Of a DNA stretch of 64,000 bases, positions 60,404-64,000 are shown piece by piece. The notes beneath the pieces were generated by a model. It saw nothing but the letters and a program-made list of their open reading frames with translations. It was not told the origin of the DNA and did not search any database. The DNA comes from Trueperaceae bacterium. GTDB lineage: Bacteria > Deinococcota > Deinococci > Deinococcales > Trueperaceae. Positions within the stretch are counted from its first letter, which is position 1, and each line of letters opens with the position of its first letter. The stretch is taken from positions 3,808,001 to 3,872,000 of the forward strand of contig OZ243956.1 of assembly GCA_965214405.1 (NCBI GenBank), in the 5' to 3' direction. The position numbers and the translations under genes were made by a program.

Positions 60404-61047
60404 TACAGACCGGGAATAAGGCGTAAGAGGTTGAAAATCACATTTAAGAAAAAGCCCACAAGCGCCCCGAGAATACCTGTATAGCTGAGCACCAAAAAAA
60501 TCACAATAAACCCGATAAAGCCGTACGAGGCAATCTGCTGCACCACCCGCCGCACGTCCGCGTTGCCCCAGGCGAGCGCCGCCTTGGCCCCGTCGAGCGG
60601 GAACACGGGAAAAAGGTTGATGACCGCGTGTACGACGGCAAACTGTCCCGCCCTCACAAAGGCTCCAAATAGCTGAGGATTACCCAGCCTGCTAAAAATG
60701 AGACCCACAAGCACGCTCACAAAAGCGACGATGAGATAAGCCAGCGGCCCGCTGTACCACACGAACGCCTCTTGCCGCCCCCGGCCCCGGTAGTTGCGCG
60801 AGTTGGCGGGGATGGGTTTGGGCCAGCCGAAGCCAAGCAAAAAGAGAAAAAGCACGCCGATGGGCTCGAGCTGCCGCTGCGGGTCGAAACTCATAAACCC
60901 CGAAAAACGGGGCGTGTTGTCGCCATAACGCGAGGCGACCCAAGACTGAAAGATGTTGTGAAAGATGAGCGCGATAATCATCACCACGGCGCTGATAATG
61001 AGCACGTTGGCGTCGAAGGCGCGGTTTTGAAGGTAGTCAAGAATCAA
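60403..61047 (-). CDS. Site-2 protease homologue lacking HExxH
   Basis: HNIFQ replaces HExxH; retains GFGW.KP and NLFPVFPLDG. Confidence 0.85.
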   Translation of the reverse strand: MILDYLQNRAFDANVLIISAVVMIIALIFHNIFQSWVASRYGDNTPRFSGFMSFDPQRQLEPIGVLFLFLLGFGWPKPIPANSRNYRGRGRQEAFVWYSGPLAYLIVAFVSVLVGLIFSRLGNPQLFGAFVRAGQFAVVHAVINLFPVFPLDGAKAALAWGNADVRRVVQQIASYGFIGFIVIFLVLSYTGILGALVGFFLNVIFNLLRLIPGL

Positions 61048-61050
61048 GGT

Positions 61051-63612
61051 TCACTCCTGGCGGGCGGTTTCCCGGACGAGTCTCTGGGCGAGCTCGAGCT
61101 CTTCTTCAAAAGAACTCACCGCGCCGCGCATCCTGGCCGCAGCCACGCGCCGCAGCACCTCGCCGACCTCGGGTCCGGGCGACAGACCCAAGTCTAACAC
61201 GTCTTGACCGCGCAGCTTTTGCCGCAAAGAAGTCGCCTCCACGCGTTCGACCGCGCGCCGCAAGGCGGGGTGGAGCGCTTTTAACGCGGCTTTTAATGCA
61301 GGCGTGGCGGCTTCTAACCTCTCTTCGGAAAGCGTGCGGGTCCGCGCCGCCTCCCCTAAAATCGCCCGCGCGTCCAAAAGTCGCTTGGGCCAGCCAAAGG
61401 TCTCGCGGTGCCTTTCCACGTGCGCGTCCGGCACGCTGAGCAGCAGGAGCAGGAGATAGCTTTCGTCGGGGACGGGTCCGTCTTGGCGGAGGGTGTCGAG
61501 GGTCTCGAGCGTGCCGAGGATTGAAGTGCTAGAGGTGGGGGGTGGGGCGTTCACATACATGTCGAACATGGCGGAAAGCGCGCCGCAGCTCTCCATAAGC
61601 CCTAACGCCGGAGCCACGCGGGGTTCGGCGAGGGTCAGGAGAAGTTCGCCGCGGAATCGGGAGGGGCTCACGCCTCCTATGACGGCAGGGTCTAAACCGA
61701 GGGTAATTTGCTCATGGGTCACCGGATGGAACGAGAAGCCGAGCCGTCCCCCGAGACGCGCGCCGCGCAGGATGCGAGTGGGGTCTTCGACAAAAGAGAG
61801 CGGGTGGAGCGCGCGCAGCACGCGCGCTTCTAGGTCCCCCAGCCCGTTAAAGGGGTCGAGAAGCGCGGCGGGTTCCGGGAGGAGCCTGACGGCAAGCGCG
61901 TTGACGGTGAAGTCGCGCCGGGAGAGGTCGTTACGCAGCGTGCCGGGCGTGACCTCGGGGAGCGCGCCGGGGCGGGTGTAGAACTCTTCTCGAGCGCCCG
62001 CAATATCGACCAAAAGACCGTTTTCCAGCTCGAGGGTGCAGGTGCCGAAGTCGGCGTGAGACATCAGGTGCCCGCCGAGGGTTTCCTGTAAAGCCTTTCC
62101 CAACTCCTCGGCCCTTCCGCCTTCAACGACCAAGTCGAGGTCTTGCATCCCCGTGCGCAGGAGCGCGTCGCGCACCGTGCCGCCCACAAGGTAGAGCGCG
62201 CTGCCGTTGGGTTTCTCCTTCGCCTTTTCCAACACCTCCAACGCTGCCGAGGGAAGCGTATTCAAAATCTCTTGCGCCTTGTTGGGATGTTGCGTTGGGT
62301 CTCCTTGCGCGTGCCGCGCCGCAATCAGGTCGGTGCGGGTCACGATACCCACAAGTTCGCCCGCGCGGAGGATGGGGACGCGGCCGATGTCGTGGGTTTC
62401 AACGAGCCTCTCGAGCTCTCTTAACGGCGTCTCCTCATCCGCCGTGACGACCTCTTTCGTCATAAAGCCGCTTACAAACGAACGCGCCAGGCCGTGCCGC
62501 TCGGCGCGCTCTAAGTCGCGCCTCGAGAGAACGCCCACAAGCTCGCCTTGAGCGTCCAGAACCGGCAGCCCGTTGTGGCCGTGGCGGATGAGCCGCTCCT
62601 GCGCCTCCTTGACCGCCTCGTCGGCACGAATCGTCCTGACGGGGCGGCTCATCACGTCGCGCGCGGTTAGAGCGGGGCGGCTGTGGCGCGCAAAAGCCGA
62701 CAGCGCCTCCCCTAGCGCCTCCCGCAAAGGCGCGTCGCTCCTGGCGGAGGCCGCCCCCGGATGCCCGCCGCTGCCAAAGGCCTCGGCAAAAGCGGCGCTC
62801 ACATTGATGGTTCCCCCCCTCGAGCGCGCGATGAGCCGCGTTTTTCCTCTCGTCCGGAGTCCGATAAGTGCAGCGTCGGCTCCTTGCAACTCGAGTAGTT
62901 CGGTGCAAAGAGGCGCGAGGGGGGGGACGTAGTCTTTTTTTCCTATCACTTTTTCTAAGTCCTCTCGCTCGAGCCCCGCCACCACCACCCGGTAACCGTT
63001 CACGTTCTCTTCGGTCATGAGCTCGAGGAGGTGGCTCAGCGCGTCGCGTTGGAGGGCGCTGAAACGTTCGCCCGCGAAGTCGTTGACGACCTCCAGATTG
63101 GCCCCCGCCTCCAGCAGATGCGCCGCCGCCTCGTGGTCGTCGGCGTGGGTGAGCGCGTACGAAAAACTCCCCGTGTCGTCGTGAATACCCAGCAGCGCCA
63201 GCGAAGCGAGGTCGGCGGGGATGGTCACGCCCTGCGATTTAAGCAGCAGCGTCAGTAGCGTGGCGGTCGCGCCGACGGCTTTGTGAACGCCCCCCGCCGC
63301 CGAAATCGCGTTCTCGCCGCGCGGGTGGTGGTCGTAGAGGGTGACGGGCACGCGGCCCAGGAGCGCGTCAAAAGGTGCGATATTTTCTGGAGAGGAGGTG
63401 TCAACGACGATAAGCTCTTTCACCTCATCCACGTTCACGTCGTCAGTGTTTAGGAGCTCGAGCCTGTCCCTATAAAGATTCACAAAGTCCGCCACGCGCT
63501 CGTCGAGTCCCCCCAGCACCACCGCCACCGCGCCGGGGTGCGCGAGCCGCGCCAGCGCGAGACTCGCCAGCGCGTCGAAGTCCGGGTCGGCGTGGGACAC
63601 GATGAGCTTCAC
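61051..63612 (-). CDS. cca: tRNA nucleotidyltransferase (CCA- or A-adding) with DHH and CBS domains
   Basis: H..PDFD, DHH and CBS pair; GGTVRD, DLD, RRDFTVNA and EDPTRILR. Confidence 0.9.
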   Translation of the reverse strand: MKLIVSHADPDFDALASLALARLAHPGAVAVVLGGLDERVADFVNLYRDRLELLNTDDVNVDEVKELIVVDTSSPENIAPFDALLGRVPVTLYDHHPRGENAISAAGGVHKAVGATATLLTLLLKSQGVTIPADLASLALLGIHDDTGSFSYALTHADDHEAAAHLLEAGANLEVVNDFAGERFSALQRDALSHLLELMTEENVNGYRVVVAGLEREDLEKVIGKKDYVPPLAPLCTELLELQGADAALIGLRTRGKTRLIARSRGGTINVSAAFAEAFGSGGHPGAASARSDAPLREALGEALSAFARHSRPALTARDVMSRPVRTIRADEAVKEAQERLIRHGHNGLPVLDAQGELVGVLSRRDLERAERHGLARSFVSGFMTKEVVTADEETPLRELERLVETHDIGRVPILRAGELVGIVTRTDLIAARHAQGDPTQHPNKAQEILNTLPSAALEVLEKAKEKPNGSALYLVGGTVRDALLRTGMQDLDLVVEGGRAEELGKALQETLGGHLMSHADFGTCTLELENGLLVDIAGAREEFYTRPGALPEVTPGTLRNDLSRRDFTVNALAVRLLPEPAALLDPFNGLGDLEARVLRALHPLSFVEDPTRILRGARLGGRLGFSFHPVTHEQITLGLDPAVIGGVSPSRFRGELLLTLAEPRVAPALGLMESCGALSAMFDMYVNAPPPTSSTSILGTLETLDTLRQDGPVPDESYLLLLLLSVPDAHVERHRETFGWPKRLLDARAILGEAARTRTLSEERLEAATPALKAALKALHPALRRAVERVEATSLRQKLRGQDVLDLGLSPGPEVGEVLRRVAAARMRGAVSSFEEELELAQRLVRETARQE

Positions 63613-63693
63613 AAGAGCAGTTTACCGTCCCAGTCTAAAGGATTACGGTAAGAAGCGTTTTCTGGCCTTCTCCCAAGCCTTTACAATACTCGA

Positions 63694-64000
63694 GTGTTCC
63701 ACGTCGCCCTCTTCGAACCCGAAATCGCCGGTAACACGGGCAACGCCGCGCGCACCTGCGTCGCCACGGGCGCGCCACTCCACCTCATCCGCCCCCTGGG
63801 GTTTCGCTTGACCGACGAGGCGGTGCGCCGCGCGGGGATGGACTATTGGGAGGCGGCGGACGTGACGCTGCACGCCTCTTTTGCGAGGTTTCAAGAAGCG
63901 TTCGGGGCGACCTTTGAGAGCGGCAGAGTCTTTGCGTTTTCCACCAAAGCGACGCGCGTTTATACAGAAGTGAGTTATGAGGCGGGCGACGTGCTCCTCT
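63694..64000 (+). CDS. trmL: tRNA (cytidine/uridine-2'-O)-methyltransferase TrmL, partial
   Basis: Read manually: MFHVALFEPEIAGNTGN..RTC...LHLIRPLGF......RRAGMDYW; TACAAT 6 nt before GTG. Confidence 0.92.
   Translation, partial: MFHVALFEPEIAGNTGNAARTCVATGAPLHLIRPLGFRLTDEAVRRAGMDYWEAADVTLHASFARFQEAFGATFESGRVFAFSTKATRVYTEVSYEAGDVLL

Overview
GC-rich bacterial chromosomal window that looks like Deinococcota (Truepera-like). This call is an inference from gene content, pervasive leaderless TANNNT-N5-7-start promoters and heavy CTCGAG enrichment. Positions 1-15 kb hold a metal-handling region. It has a ZrgABC-type (DUF2796) zinc ABC system with a Fur/Zur-like box, followed by a large, probably copper-related cluster: CopC, CopD, several YtkA/FixH-like proteins, a FixG/FesM-like Fe-S membrane protein, DoxX, YibE/F, two paralogous unknown surface proteins, and a His-rich leader ORF ending in the RAPP ribosome-arrest motif. 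The rest is mostly housekeeping: phoU/phoBR, tRNA-Ala(CGC), a DinG-like helicase, recQ, nth, hpt, deoD, an M29 aminopeptidase, PP2C plus Ser/Thr kinase, two site-2 protease homologues, a tRNA nucleotidyltransferase and trmL. Mobile DNA comprises two apparently identical 926-bp IS5-family copies (one splits an aldo/keto reductase), a 123-bp MITE with the same ends, and an ISNCY-type transposase carrying a 27-nt in-frame hairpin insertion. There are three toxin-antitoxin loci, two with dead toxins. The best candidates for undescribed biology are the RAPP-leader / N-terminal-His copper cluster and a structured ~125-nt leader RNA paired with an unknown protein at 41.1-41.8 kb. No rRNA or CRISPR array was seen. 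All calls come from reading the sequence by eye, with no database searches.
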